Part shown: positions 1-9,026 of the stretch, piece after piece
Layout of the letters: each line of letters opens with the position of its first letter
Numbering within the stretch: the first letter of the stretch is position 1
Sequence record: MZ681930.1
Strand: one strand, 5' to 3'
DNA: 64,000 nucleotides
From: Enterobacteria phage phiC600P9
Made by a program: the position numbers and the translations under genes
Notes under the pieces: generated by a model
Database searches by the model: none
Seen by the model: only the letters and a program-made list of their open reading frames with translations
Told to the model about the DNA's origin: nothing

Positions 1-2178
1 TTAGGCCGCAAGGGCCTTCATAGTTTTAGCGATTTGGGAAACTTCATCATCACTTAAAGAGTTGCGATAACCGATGAAGTCGGAAACAATACGGAATTTC
101 TTGGTAAACTCAGCAACCATTTTATCACTGTTTTTTGAAGCATTATTTGATAATACATCAAAAAGATTAGTTACTGTCCAGATGTCATGACCGATGGTAT
201 CTTTTCCACCATTAAAATATACACCCTGTAATGAACTAACCATATTAGCGAGTCGTGTATATTCTTCAGAAACTTCATCTACACTGAAGTACTTCATCAT
301 AAAATCTAACTCAGGATACTTAATAATTTTATCAATATATCGTTTAGCTGAACTTGAATAACCTACATACTTATCATAATCTACATCATCAAAAGCATCT
401 ACATATAAATCACGCAGAGTTTCAAAAATACATTGGCACTGACCAAGTTCTTTTACCTTTTTCTGCAAAAGCGGACGAATAACATAAAATTCATTAATGC
501 CAATAAGATTAGCCATACGAATCAAAATATTCATAGATGGATGACAAAGAGATGTAGTACCATCCATAGAGAAAATATCAGAACGATGCATATACGCTAC
601 ATAACCAGTAATTTCATCTGCTTCTGACGTAAGTGTAAACAGTTCCTCTTTTTCCCAACGCCCGTCTTTAATTTCAAACTTAAATGCTGTAGCAGCTTTA
701 GGACGAGGAGCTTTACTTTTAACTACCTTTGGAATATAGCTTTTAACTAAAGCTTCAATTTCTGACAAATAATGAATGTTAACTTCATCATTTTCAAACA
801 TTGCCATAATATCAGGAAGTAAATCAATCTGTGATTCTACTTCCGGATTAATAAACAGAAGACGTTCGTTATGATGAATATTTAAGGTGTTATTAAATTC
901 ACTATCATCTAATGCACGTGCTAATCCACGGACAATATTAACACGATTTTTAATATTATCAATAACGATATTAATTTTTGTTGTATTAATACCAAACAGA
1001 CGATAACTTGATGCAATGGCTGAAGTTTCATGACTTTGCTTAATGCGCTTCAGTCGAGGGTCAAGATTTACTTCATACACAACTCCTGCATTGCATAACT
1101 TACTGTCAGGTTCAAACATGCTCTGCATCTTTTTATATGACAGATTTTTAGTCGTGAATTTGACTGAATTGCTAATCATATAATCTCGAGCAGAATATCC
1201 CATCTTCATCAATTCACGGTATGTATGACGAGGAGATGTAGATTCTTTAAATCGTTTTACATCTTCATTAAATGCCTGCTCACTGAGCTCTTTAACTCGT
1301 TCAATGATATTTTTACGAGTACGATCATCCAGTGAAAGAGCCTCGCGAGATGGAGCAATATCAAGTGAACCCATTGGAAACTTAATGTAATTCACTTCAT
1401 TGCGAATGCTTAGCCAGTTACGGTCTCTAATAACACCATCGATAGGATAAACAATACCACCGTAGATAGCATACAATCCACCACGATCTGGCCAGTATCT
1501 TTCTGGATTTACGCCGTAGTAGTCATCAAAATCCGGAAAATAATCAATTTCACGGTCAAGACCATTAATGATAGCCAAATCTTTGAATGGTCGCATGATA
1601 TAAGAAACTTCATAAGCAAAGTTTCTAAAGTCTTTTTCTTCAACTGGAACTACGATTTCAATACCAGTTTTATCGTTTGGACCCATTTCTTTTACGAATG
1701 TAGGTTTAATCTGTGGACCATCACCATCCATGTAAGCTACATAACCACGAATTTCACCTTTATGATATGAAGTAATACTAAATGTATCAGTATAACTAAA
1801 CGGAGATTTAGAACCTAAACCAAATCCACCAATGAAATCGTTAGATTCAGCCTTAGATGAACTAAAGTATGAATTATACAACCCAGGAGAATTATCATCA
1901 CCCTGAATATCAAAATCGCTCATACCTGGACCAAAATCTCGGCAAACAAATCGCGGATCTAATCGTCCTGGAACTTGAATGATAAATTTTTCAGGATTTC
2001 CATTAAGAGCATGGGCATCAATCATGTTGGTAATCAATTCACGAACCACTGCGCGAATCTTGTTTGTATACAAATCAGATGACAGAATTTTAAATACTTT
2101 AGGATTTGCTGCGATGCTAAATGCTTTTGATTTAGAACCATTACCAAGAATTGTTTCTTTTTCAGTGGTGATAATCAT
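1..2178 (-). CDS. rIIA: rIIA protein (membrane-associated rapid-lysis/exclusion locus A), complete
   Basis: 725-aa ORF matching T4 rIIA length; N-terminal GHKL-ATPase-like region (ELITNMIDA..., GGFGLGSKS); window begins at its stop codon. Confidence 0.9.
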   Translation of the reverse strand: MIITTEKETILGNGSKSKAFSIAANPKVFKILSSDLYTNKIRAVVRELITNMIDAHALNGNPEKFIIQVPGRLDPRFVCRDFGPGMSDFDIQGDDNSPGLYNSYFSSSKAESNDFIGGFGLGSKSPFSYTDTFSITSYHKGEIRGYVAYMDGDGPQIKPTFVKEMGPNDKTGIEIVVPVEEKDFRNFAYEVSYIMRPFKDLAIINGLDREIDYFPDFDDYYGVNPERYWPDRGGLYAIYGGIVYPIDGVIRDRNWLSIRNEVNYIKFPMGSLDIAPSREALSLDDRTRKNIIERVKELSEQAFNEDVKRFKESTSPRHTYRELMKMGYSARDYMISNSVKFTTKNLSYKKMQSMFEPDSKLCNAGVVYEVNLDPRLKRIKQSHETSAIASSYRLFGINTTKINIVIDNIKNRVNIVRGLARALDDSEFNNTLNIHHNERLLFINPEVESQIDLLPDIMAMFENDEVNIHYLSEIEALVKSYIPKVVKSKAPRPKAATAFKFEIKDGRWEKEELFTLTSEADEITGYVAYMHRSDIFSMDGTTSLCHPSMNILIRMANLIGINEFYVIRPLLQKKVKELGQCQCIFETLRDLYVDAFDDVDYDKYVGYSSSAKRYIDKIIKYPELDFMMKYFSVDEVSEEYTRLANMVSSLQGVYFNGGKDTIGHDIWTVTNLFDVLSNNASKNSDKMVAEFTKKFRIVSDFIGYRNSLSDDEVSQIAKTMKALAA

Positions 2179-2188
2179 AATTTCCTCA

Positions 2189-2392
2189 TTAATTCATATT
2201 GCGTTTAATAACTTCAGCAACTTCTAGTAGTTCATCTTTAGTTGCGGTGTCGGATTGAATTTTATCTCTAATATCCTTAAAGCGGTTTTTAAACTCTTCG
2301 GCTTCTCCCATATCGAAAAAGCGTTGAATGATTCTATATTCTCGATGAACTGCTTTATCAAAAAGTTCTAAATTTACTCTATATGATTTCAT
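2189..2392 (-). CDS. small protein upstream of rIIA (rIIA.1-like)
   Basis: 67-aa ORF directly upstream of and co-oriented with rIIA. Confidence 0.6.
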   Translation of the reverse strand: MKSYRVNLELFDKAVHREYRIIQRFFDMGEAEEFKNRFKDIRDKIQSDTATKDELLEVAEVIKRNMN

Positions 2393-2417
2393 TTCAATAT
2401 CCTCATTTGCCCAATTA

Positions 2418-2447
2418 ATTATACCACATCCTTGTGGTAAAGTAAAC
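2418..2447 (-). promoter_or_regulatory. T4-type early promoter (GTTTAC-N18-TGGTATAAT) for rIIA.1/rIIA
   Basis: minus strand reads GTTTACTTTACCACAAGGATGTGGTATAAT; near-identical copy at 46008..46036. Confidence 0.6.
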
Positions 2448-4267
2448 TACTGACTCATCCATTCTTTACGAAGGTCAGCATTATCTCCCATGAGCATTTC
2501 AAAAAGCTCTTTCCAGTTCTCAGGAAGTTTAACAACATCATATACTGGGTTTTGAATCATCTCACGATATTCAGATTTTTCCAAAGAGCCAAGTCCCTTA
2601 ATATAACGGATGCTATGTTTAGGTAGAGCATCTTTGGCACTCTCATATTCAGCGACTGTATAAAACCATTCTTGTTTTTTACCGACCTGAGCGATGATTA
2701 CAGGAGTTTTGACAAAGCGAATTCTTCCTTGTTCAAACAGTTCTGGCCAATTACTAAAAAATCCGAGCAGAGAAGGATAAATGCTTCCTAGACCATCGTG
2801 GTCAGCATCAGTCATAATAGCAATATTATGATAATTCAAGTTTTCAGCTTTTTCACCAAGAACTAATCCAGTGATTGCGCAAATATCAAACAGTTCTTTG
2901 TTTTTAAGCATATCAGCATATGACATACCCCAACTGTTAAGAACTTTACCACGCAATGGATAACCACCATGAAGTTCTTTATCACGAACATCAATAAGAT
3001 ATCCAATAGCAGAATCACCCTCAGTCAAGAAAAGAGTAGTGTCAGCATCTTTACCGCAAAGATTCGCTTTAATATGTTTATGAACCTTAGCTTTAGAAGC
3101 CTTTTTAGCTGCTTTAGTTTCCGCTGCTTTTTCTGCCGCCAATTTACGAGCCAAGGCAGCTTCAATAATTGGCATTAAAATTGCTTCATTATTTAAAATA
3201 GCACGTGAAATCTTTTTAGCATCAAGCTGAATATGACTACGAATTTCACCAAATGGAGAAGTCAAACGCTCTTTAGTTTGAGAATCAAATCGCATGTTTT
3301 TCATATCACGAACAAACATAACGATAGTCAAACATTCTTTAACACGTGCTTTAGTTACATCAATTTTGAATTTACGTTTGATTTGTGGAATAAGGTCTTC
3401 ACAAATATCATCCATAACACAGTCAATGTGATGGCCACCATTCTTAGTATGAATGTTATTGACGTATGTTAATTGACGAAAACCATCCGGCGAACGACCA
3501 ACCGCAATAGAACAGTTTTCTTGTTCTTGAACGATAGCATGCTCATCATATTGGCGTGCATATTTCTTAAAATTACCCTGAACCTTTTTACCATTAAAGG
3601 TAAATTGAATATCAGGATAAACTACTGCAAGTGTCTGGAGACGATCTAGTGTAATGTCAAGATAAACTTGAGATAGCTCATTAGTTTCAAATGACATAAA
3701 ATCAGGAATGAAAGTAACGCGAGTTCCTTTCCATTTTCCAGGAATATCTTCCCATGATTTATTTTCCATGCCATTTGAACAGCGAACTACAATATTATTT
3801 TGACCATCGCCAGTTTCACCGACAAACATCACAGAAAAAATGTTAGTTAAACTAGAACCAACACCATTCATACCGCCAGTGACGCGTTCTTTATCATCAC
3901 CGAAGTTACCACCTGCTTTTGGAATCGTCCACGCAGCAACAGGACCAGGAATTTCTTCACCGGTAGGTGTTTTAACCATCGCCTGTGGAATACCACGACC
4001 GTTATCTTCAACTGTTACTTGATTGTTTTTAATAGTAACATTAATTTTATTTGCGAATTTAAACTTAGTACGAATACCTTCATCTACTGAGTTATCGATA
4101 ATTTCATCAATAAGCTTAACAAGACCAGGTACATACTGAACACTTTCCCATTTACCAAACAGAAAGCGCTCATGCATTTCATTAGCAGAAGAACCAATGT
4201 ACATGCCGCTACGCTTTTTGATATGTTCAATATCGCTCAGAATTTTAATTTCATTCTTAATCATCAC
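2447..4267 (-). CDS. 39: DNA topoisomerase II large subunit, uninterrupted (fused 39+60 type, GyrB-like)
   Basis: 606-aa ORF with GHKL ATPase motifs (EIIDNSVDE, GMNGVGSS) and Toprim-like region; no split or bypass element. Confidence 0.9.
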   Translation of the reverse strand: MMIKNEIKILSDIEHIKKRSGMYIGSSANEMHERFLFGKWESVQYVPGLVKLIDEIIDNSVDEGIRTKFKFANKINVTIKNNQVTVEDNGRGIPQAMVKTPTGEEIPGPVAAWTIPKAGGNFGDDKERVTGGMNGVGSSLTNIFSVMFVGETGDGQNNIVVRCSNGMENKSWEDIPGKWKGTRVTFIPDFMSFETNELSQVYLDITLDRLQTLAVVYPDIQFTFNGKKVQGNFKKYARQYDEHAIVQEQENCSIAVGRSPDGFRQLTYVNNIHTKNGGHHIDCVMDDICEDLIPQIKRKFKIDVTKARVKECLTIVMFVRDMKNMRFDSQTKERLTSPFGEIRSHIQLDAKKISRAILNNEAILMPIIEAALARKLAAEKAAETKAAKKASKAKVHKHIKANLCGKDADTTLFLTEGDSAIGYLIDVRDKELHGGYPLRGKVLNSWGMSYADMLKNKELFDICAITGLVLGEKAENLNYHNIAIMTDADHDGLGSIYPSLLGFFSNWPELFEQGRIRFVKTPVIIAQVGKKQEWFYTVAEYESAKDALPKHSIRYIKGLGSLEKSEYREMIQNPVYDVVKLPENWKELFEMLMGDNADLRKEWMSQ

Positions 4268-4291
4268 TTATCCTCGTTTGGTTTCGGGAAT

Positions 4292-4320
4292 ATTATACTC
4301 CGGTAATCATAAAGCTAAAG
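4292..4320 (-). promoter_or_regulatory. middle-promoter-like element (MotA-box-like GCTTTA + TATAAT) upstream of gene 39
   Basis: minus strand TAGCTTTATGATTACCGGAGTATAAT about 25 nt before the gene 39 ATG. Confidence 0.4.
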
Positions 4321-4334
4321 GCCCGAAGGCCTTT
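4317..4334 (-). promoter_or_regulatory. GC-rich UUCG-tetraloop RNA hairpin (GGCC-UUCG-GGCC)
   Basis: inverted repeat aaaggcccgaaggccttt between the 39.1-like ORF and gene 39. Confidence 0.6.
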
Positions 4335-4603
4335 TATTTAAAACGGATAGTCGAATCCTTGAAGAATAGACCAGAACATACTGTTCCTTCTACTTTCTGC
4401 CCGGTGGGTCCAATAGCACGAAATCCAGTGTGTTGGAAATCATTTTCAGAGCAACCGAACCAATTATATCCAGTGATTTCAATATTAGTAAAACCACTTG
4501 AAGACAAAACTTTGGTTGCATTATCAGCATCAGTACATCCTACTAAAGATACTGCTAATACTAACGCCGCGATAGAACGATTAACATATTTCATAATTTT
4601 CAC
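4334..4603 (-). CDS. small secreted/lipoprotein-like protein
   Basis: 89-aa ORF with N-terminal signal peptide and Cys (LAVSLVGCTD). Confidence 0.6.
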   Translation of the reverse strand: MKIMKYVNRSIAALVLAVSLVGCTDADNATKVLSSSGFTNIEITGYNWFGCSENDFQHTGFRAIGPTGQKVEGTVCSGLFFKDSTIRFK

Positions 4604-4971
4604 TTAAATTTAATGGCTTGAAGAAGACTAATAATTCTCAAGCAACTTCTTTCATCTTTAACTGTAAAAGAAAGAGGGTCGCCAGATTTCATAGTGATGG
4701 TGCATCCAAAATCAAAATCTTCTGTAACTTCTTCGAAGAAGTCAAATTCTTCATCATAAATTAGAACATTACTCTGAAAACTGTGAAGAATTTTTCCATC
4801 ATTTCCAGATGCTGTACTAATCATTGTAACATTATGGCCTTTCATATCTTCAACGATAAATTCACTAGTCAATATTACAGCATTAATAGAACCATTCCTA
4901 TAAATAGCAGACATTAGATATTTCTTTTCTTCGCCTTCGCGAATACAATACTTCTTACCGATTTTAAACAT
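4600..4971 (-). CDS. hypothetical protein
   Basis: 123-aa ORF, start/stop-coupled with neighbours. Confidence 0.55.
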   Translation of the reverse strand: MFKIGKKYCIREGEEKKYLMSAIYRNGSINAVILTSEFIVEDMKGHNVTMISTASGNDGKILHSFQSNVLIYDEEFDFFEEVTEDFDFGCTITMKSGDPLSFTVKDERSCLRIISLLQAIKFK

Positions 4972-4973
4972 AA

Positions 4974-5150
4974 TTACCCTTTAAGTAAGTCGTAAAAACC
5001 ACCATTCACACGCTTAGGAGCAGAAGGCCGACGAGTAGACAAACGATGACATTTAGGGCAAACATCATTTTCTCGTTCAGAAATCTTTTTAATTTTTTCA
5101 TATTCATGCCCACAATCTTCGGATTGGCATTTATAATCATACATTGGCAT
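4974..5150 (-). CDS. small zinc-ribbon protein (FmdB-like, two CxxC pairs), hand-called
   Basis: 58-aa ORF MPMYDYKCQSEDCGH...CPKCH; AGGAA RBS; exactly fills the gap between flanking ORFs. Confidence 0.5.
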   Translation of the reverse strand: MPMYDYKCQSEDCGHEYEKIKKISERENDVCPKCHRLSTRRPSAPKRVNGGFYDLLKG

Positions 5151-5152
5151 AA

Positions 5153-5572
5153 TTATTCCTTAAAATGTGCTTTCAACATCTGATACAAGGACCATGCCTG
5201 TTCATTATTTTCAATAGTAACTTTCATTACCGGGAATTCTGTGAAATCTTCTATCTGTTCTTGCTCTTCCTGCTCTTGTTCTTCAGCTGCCTGGTATGGA
5301 TTTTCCACTTCATCAAAGAACCCAGCTTCGTTAGTAGAGAGCCAGATAAAGTTTTCGTCAAGGATATCAGCGCCGGCACAACGTCTGAGTACACCTGTGG
5401 ATGTCACAATTTTAGTAGGACGCCCAAGATAATCAGCATCTAAAATTTTAAAAGGTTCCATACCTAAACGTCGTGCATAGATTCCGTTATCAGTATGGTC
5501 TTTAATAAAATTTTCTTGAGCTTGTTTATTTTTAAATTGATACCATTTATTAACTTCAAATTTAATAGCCAT
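5153..5572 (-). CDS. hypothetical protein with acidic EQ-repeat segment (size matches T4 goF, unverified)
   Basis: 139-aa ORF. Confidence 0.5.
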   Translation of the reverse strand: MAIKFEVNKWYQFKNKQAQENFIKDHTDNGIYARRLGMEPFKILDADYLGRPTKIVTSTGVLRRCAGADILDENFIWLSTNEAGFFDEVENPYQAAEEQEQEEQEQIEDFTEFPVMKVTIENNEQAWSLYQMLKAHFKE

Positions 5573-5787
5573 TAATAAATTTCCTTCCAGTAAGTTGTAC
5601 CGTCTTCAGTAATTTCACGAAATACGCCATAAATTGGTTGTTTATCACCAACCTTTTCATACACATAAACCGAAGTCAAGTGAGTAAACTTAATGGTGTG
5701 TTCCTTTTGAACTACTACCAAATCTGGATCGAATAATACATCTTCAAATTCGTCATTAGTGCAGTTCTGAACAATTTTACGTTTCAT
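5572..5787 (-). CDS. small hypothetical protein (length matches T4 Cef, unverified)
   Basis: 71-aa ORF. Confidence 0.45.
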   Translation of the reverse strand: MKRKIVQNCTNDEFEDVLFDPDLVVVQKEHTIKFTHLTSVYVYEKVGDKQPIYGVFREITEDGTTYWKEIY

Positions 5788-5800
5788 TACAATTTCCTCA

Positions 5801-6082
5801 TTAATTGAACAGTGGAGCGATGCGTTTCAGAAGAGTAGCAGCACCTTTGGCGAATTTTACATCATGAAAAACAGTTTCTTCTTCCGTTACAACACGAGCT
5901 TTAATGTTTTCACAATCCCAATTTTTACGAACAATCTTCAAAAGCTGCAGTAAATCTTTACATTCAGCAATATCGATAACACATCCACGAGAATCTTCCA
6001 TTATCGCACGATAACCATAAGCCATACCATAATCGTTGAAAGATTGCTCGATGATAATTAAGTTTTCCATTTTATTCTCCAA
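5801..6082 (-). CDS. hypothetical protein
   Basis: 93-aa ORF downstream of a promoter-like region at about 6100..6170. Confidence 0.5.
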   Translation of the reverse strand: MENKMENLIIIEQSFNDYGMAYGYRAIMEDSRGCVIDIAECKDLLQLLKIVRKNWDCENIKARVVTEEETVFHDVKFAKGAATLLKRIAPLFN

Positions 6083-6167
6083 GTTGTTTTCTGTATCAGT
6101 AGTTGATATTGATATAGTACCATAATCAACTACTGATGTATATAGTTTTATGAAAAAATTTTAAACT

Positions 6168-6656
6168 TTATGCATAGAGAGCTTTGCTATAGTGTTTAAT
6201 CCAGCTTTCAGGAATGACTTTGTATGTTCCTAAAAATACCACGTTGTACAGCTTAACACCATCTTCTACCCACTGATCGGTAATGTATGCACACATAGCA
6301 CGAGTATAAACAGCCACACCATCATCTTTGATAAATTTAAATTCACAAGGAGCAATGAACTTAATAGCCTGACCGAGTTTCCACTTAAAGTCTACACCTA
6401 CATGCGAAGTATCAATCGTTTCAATTCCTTTAGCAGGAACAGCTTTCAAAAACGCAGATTCAAGAAATTTCGCACGAACATAGCCAAACTGAGGTTTAGA
6501 TTTTCCATCTTTAGGAATGATACGCACTTTTACTTCAGAATCTTCATCTTTAACGCCGTGTTTAAGCTGAATGCTTACAATTTCGACCAATTTTCCTGCT
6601 GCTTTAGAACGGGATTTATCAGATACACGAGCTAATTCACCAATATTAATAATCAT
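6168..6656 (-). CDS. motB: MotB-like protein
   Basis: 162-aa ORF, same length and position as T4 MotB; C-terminal domain shared with the next ORF. Confidence 0.6.
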   Translation of the reverse strand: MIINIGELARVSDKSRSKAAGKLVEIVSIQLKHGVKDEDSEVKVRIIPKDGKSKPQFGYVRAKFLESAFLKAVPAKGIETIDTSHVGVDFKWKLGQAIKFIAPCEFKFIKDDGVAVYTRAMCAYITDQWVEDGVKLYNVVFLGTYKVIPESWIKHYSKALYA

Positions 6657-6700
6657 AGTTATCTCTCATTTGTTAAAAAGATTTTATACTCCACGGGACC

Positions 6701-6730
6701 ATTATACTCTGGTCCCAAGAGTTTGTAAAC
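6701..6730 (-). promoter_or_regulatory. early promoter (GTTTAC-N18-TATAAT) upstream of motB
   Basis: minus strand GTTTACAAACTCTTGGGACCAGAGTATAAT; inverted repeat gggacc/ggtccc flanks the -10. Confidence 0.55.
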
Positions 6731-6732
6731 TA

Positions 6733-7275
6733 TTAATTTAAAATAGCTACCACCGCACTACGAGGTACTACACTAAAATCACCTGCATGAACAACGTTCA
6801 GAAGTTCAACACCATCTTCAATCCACTGGTCTGTTACCCAACCACAGACCGAAATAAATGGAGTCTTGATAGCTACCGCACGAGTTAGAAGGTCTGTAGG
6901 GTCTTGTTCTTCAACTTCTTGGAACAGGATGAACTCTGCTTCATAAACCAGGATTTTCTCTATTTTGTTATTGTCTAAACGACGACCGTGGACAATATAA
7001 GATTTAGTAAACCATTTACTTTTTCCAAAGTCTTCAACAGTAAATTCGCCTTCGCCAAAAACATCAGTCAAAGTTTTATAGCCGGAAATCAAGGCATTGG
7101 TTTTAATTTCAGGTTCAACTAGTTTGTAGGTTTTGCCGATTTCAATAGCGGTAGTCATAGTAGATTCCTTAATTTCCAGTGGTTTAACAGGGCATACATA
7201 AGTGCTTACAACATCAAAATCAATCAGTTTAGCTACCGGATTTGGTGTGTATTCAGGATTATAATTAAATTTCAT
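6733..7275 (-). CDS. MotB paralog (MotB.1-like)
   Basis: 180-aa ORF; C-terminus (VTDQWIEDGVELLNVV...) paralogous to MotB (ITDQWVEDGVKLYNVV...). Confidence 0.6.
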   Translation of the reverse strand: MKFNYNPEYTPNPVAKLIDFDVVSTYVCPVKPLEIKESTMTTAIEIGKTYKLVEPEIKTNALISGYKTLTDVFGEGEFTVEDFGKSKWFTKSYIVHGRRLDNNKIEKILVYEAEFILFQEVEEQDPTDLLTRAVAIKTPFISVCGWVTDQWIEDGVELLNVVHAGDFSVVPRSAVVAILN

Positions 7276-7277
7276 AT

Positions 7278-7817
7278 TTATCTCATTTCAATAAAATCTA
7301 TGAGTTCAGCATGTGATTTGCGGAACATTACTTGGTGCCCGCCAATGATAACTTCATCTTCAGGAACTTCGTATACAGCGAGATAAAATCCTTTAGAAGA
7401 TAATTCTTCCCGCTCTTCTCGTGTGAACCATCTCATCATATCATATTCACTAGCGAAAGCAAAATGATAAAGAGCTATAAACCATCCTGGAATATGATAT
7501 TCTACTCCAACATAATCTTTCTTGAACTTAGTATTAATTACTATATTAGCGTTTTTAACTAATAGTTTATCTTCGTGTGGTAAAGGAATTCTTTTATTAT
7601 TATCGCTATGATGAATAAAATTAGGTCTGTCATAACCTACGTGTAATAGCCACTCTTCGCTCCATGAATCTATTATACTCCTGTACGGCGTTATTTGAAC
7701 ACAAAGATTTCGACGTATTGTTATAGCATCTTCATAATTAAGAATACTAAAAGATGATTCAACACGATAAATTTTCATTTTATTATCCTCAGTAGCTATG
7801 GTGTTATAATACCACAA
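7278..7817 (-). CDS. hypothetical protein
   Basis: 179-aa ORF. Confidence 0.5.
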   Translation of the reverse strand: MWYYNTIATEDNKMKIYRVESSFSILNYEDAITIRRNLCVQITPYRSIIDSWSEEWLLHVGYDRPNFIHHSDNNKRIPLPHEDKLLVKNANIVINTKFKKDYVGVEYHIPGWFIALYHFAFASEYDMMRWFTREEREELSSKGFYLAVYEVPEDEVIIGGHQVMFRKSHAELIDFIEMR

Positions 7818-7835
7818 CTAACCGAGGAAGTAAAC
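7806..7835 (-). promoter_or_regulatory. early promoter (GTTTAC-N18-TGGTATTAT)
   Basis: plus strand ataataccacaactaaccgaggaagtaaac. Confidence 0.5.
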
Positions 7836-7841
7836 AACTTT

Positions 7842-8525
7842 TTATCGTTTTGTTGGAAGAGATAGAGGATCGCACTCTTCTTCTGACGGAGCATCTTCAA
7901 GACCCATAGCATATCGCAAAGCATACTTCATCATCAGGATGTCTTTCGCACAGTCATGAATAGAATCATGCGCAACGAATCCATCTAAAGTTCCCTTTGG
8001 AAGAGGACACGTGGTCATATCACGAACAAGGAGAAGTGCTTCAATTCTGGTACGAATATCACGCTGATTCCAGAATTTACATGGTTCTAACTTAAATGTG
8101 TCAAGTTCATTCTCAGAAACGCCATTAAGACGTTGAATATCGCGAATGAGATCGACTAAAATTGGAAAATCAAACGACATTCCACGGCACCAGCCTTGAG
8201 ATTTCCAAGGATCGATGTTATGTGCATTGATGTAATCATTAAATTTTACAATACCATCGATAGTGCTTACATCTTCATCTGATGGTGCAATATTTTTTCG
8301 AGCTTCAGGAGACTGATTTTTCCACCATTCGATAGTGCTTTTAGTAAAAAGACGATGTCCTTTTTGACTTTTTAAATCAAACTTGATTTTAATGCCGCGT
8401 GAAACTAATTCATCAAATGATTCAACTACTTCTGGATTAGGGTCAAAGGCAATAACAGCCAAATCAATAACAGCTGCCTTTTCACCGCTTCCCATTGTTT
8501 CAAAATCTATAATAAAATCAAACAT
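7842..8525 (-). CDS. dexA: exonuclease A (DnaQ-like 3'-5' exonuclease)
   Basis: 227-aa ORF matching T4 DexA length; DEDD-type exonuclease fold (DFETMG...). Confidence 0.8.
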   Translation of the reverse strand: MFDFIIDFETMGSGEKAAVIDLAVIAFDPNPEVVESFDELVSRGIKIKFDLKSQKGHRLFTKSTIEWWKNQSPEARKNIAPSDEDVSTIDGIVKFNDYINAHNIDPWKSQGWCRGMSFDFPILVDLIRDIQRLNGVSENELDTFKLEPCKFWNQRDIRTRIEALLLVRDMTTCPLPKGTLDGFVAHDSIHDCAKDILMMKYALRYAMGLEDAPSEEECDPLSLPTKR

Positions 8526-8800
8526 TAAATTTTCCTCGCTAAATCGCGAATTTGACCTATAGTATAATCTTGGATATAAACTTTATTAATGGGCTCATCA
8601 ATAAATTTTGCCATAGATTCAATATCTTTTTGTATCTCTTCAAGACTGTATACTATCTTTGAAGCTTTTTCGCGAATAGTAACATTATCAGGTCCTGAAT
8701 TTTCTTGAATGACAGCTTTAACATTTGTCATAAGAGATTTAAACTGATGCAAACTTAATTCAATCATTAATAACCGCCTTATAAAGATGGCTAATTTCAC
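8525..8800 (-). CDS. small hypothetical protein
   Basis: 91-aa ORF. Confidence 0.45.
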   Translation of the reverse strand: MKLAIFIRRLLMIELSLHQFKSLMTNVKAVIQENSGPDNVTIREKASKIVYSLEEIQKDIESMAKFIDEPINKVYIQDYTIGQIRDLARKI

Positions 8801-9020
8801 CTAAAACATAATCACTGATTGTAACAGTTTTCACTTCACCACAAAAGAATTCTAACGCAATCAAATCTCGTTCAATTTCTTCCAATTGAAGCATTAACTT
8901 GCCTGATTCAATTTTCACGTTTTTGCGATTTTTACTATAAGCTATTTCATAAATTTCGCTCACTTTATCTTGAAGCAGATAAAACTGGTCTTTAGTTATT
9001 TCCACGAATAGCTTCCTCAA
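8760..9020 (-). CDS. small hypothetical protein
   Basis: 86-aa ORF; overlaps previous ORF in another frame, true start may be internal. Confidence 0.45.
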   Translation of the reverse strand: MRKLFVEITKDQFYLLQDKVSEIYEIAYSKNRKNVKIESGKLMLQLEEIERDLIALEFFCGEVKTVTISDYVLGEISHLYKAVIND

Positions 9021-9026
9021 ATTTAA

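Noticed and set aside
433-627. Plus-strand ORFs embedded in long minus-strand genes (e.g. 433..627, 1979..2227, 2969..3178, 3233..3472, 9735..9959, 18960..19190, 25354..25698, 31302..31523, 40624..40848, 59591..60184)
   Set aside because: Antisense shadow ORFs inside well-supported coding regions; no promoter or RBS support and lengths typical of chance in AT-rich DNA.
2403-2450. Gene 60-type translational bypass or split topoisomerase gene
   Set aside because: Gene 39 is a single uninterrupted 606-aa ORF; the sequence following it is an ordinary early promoter, with no separate gene 60.
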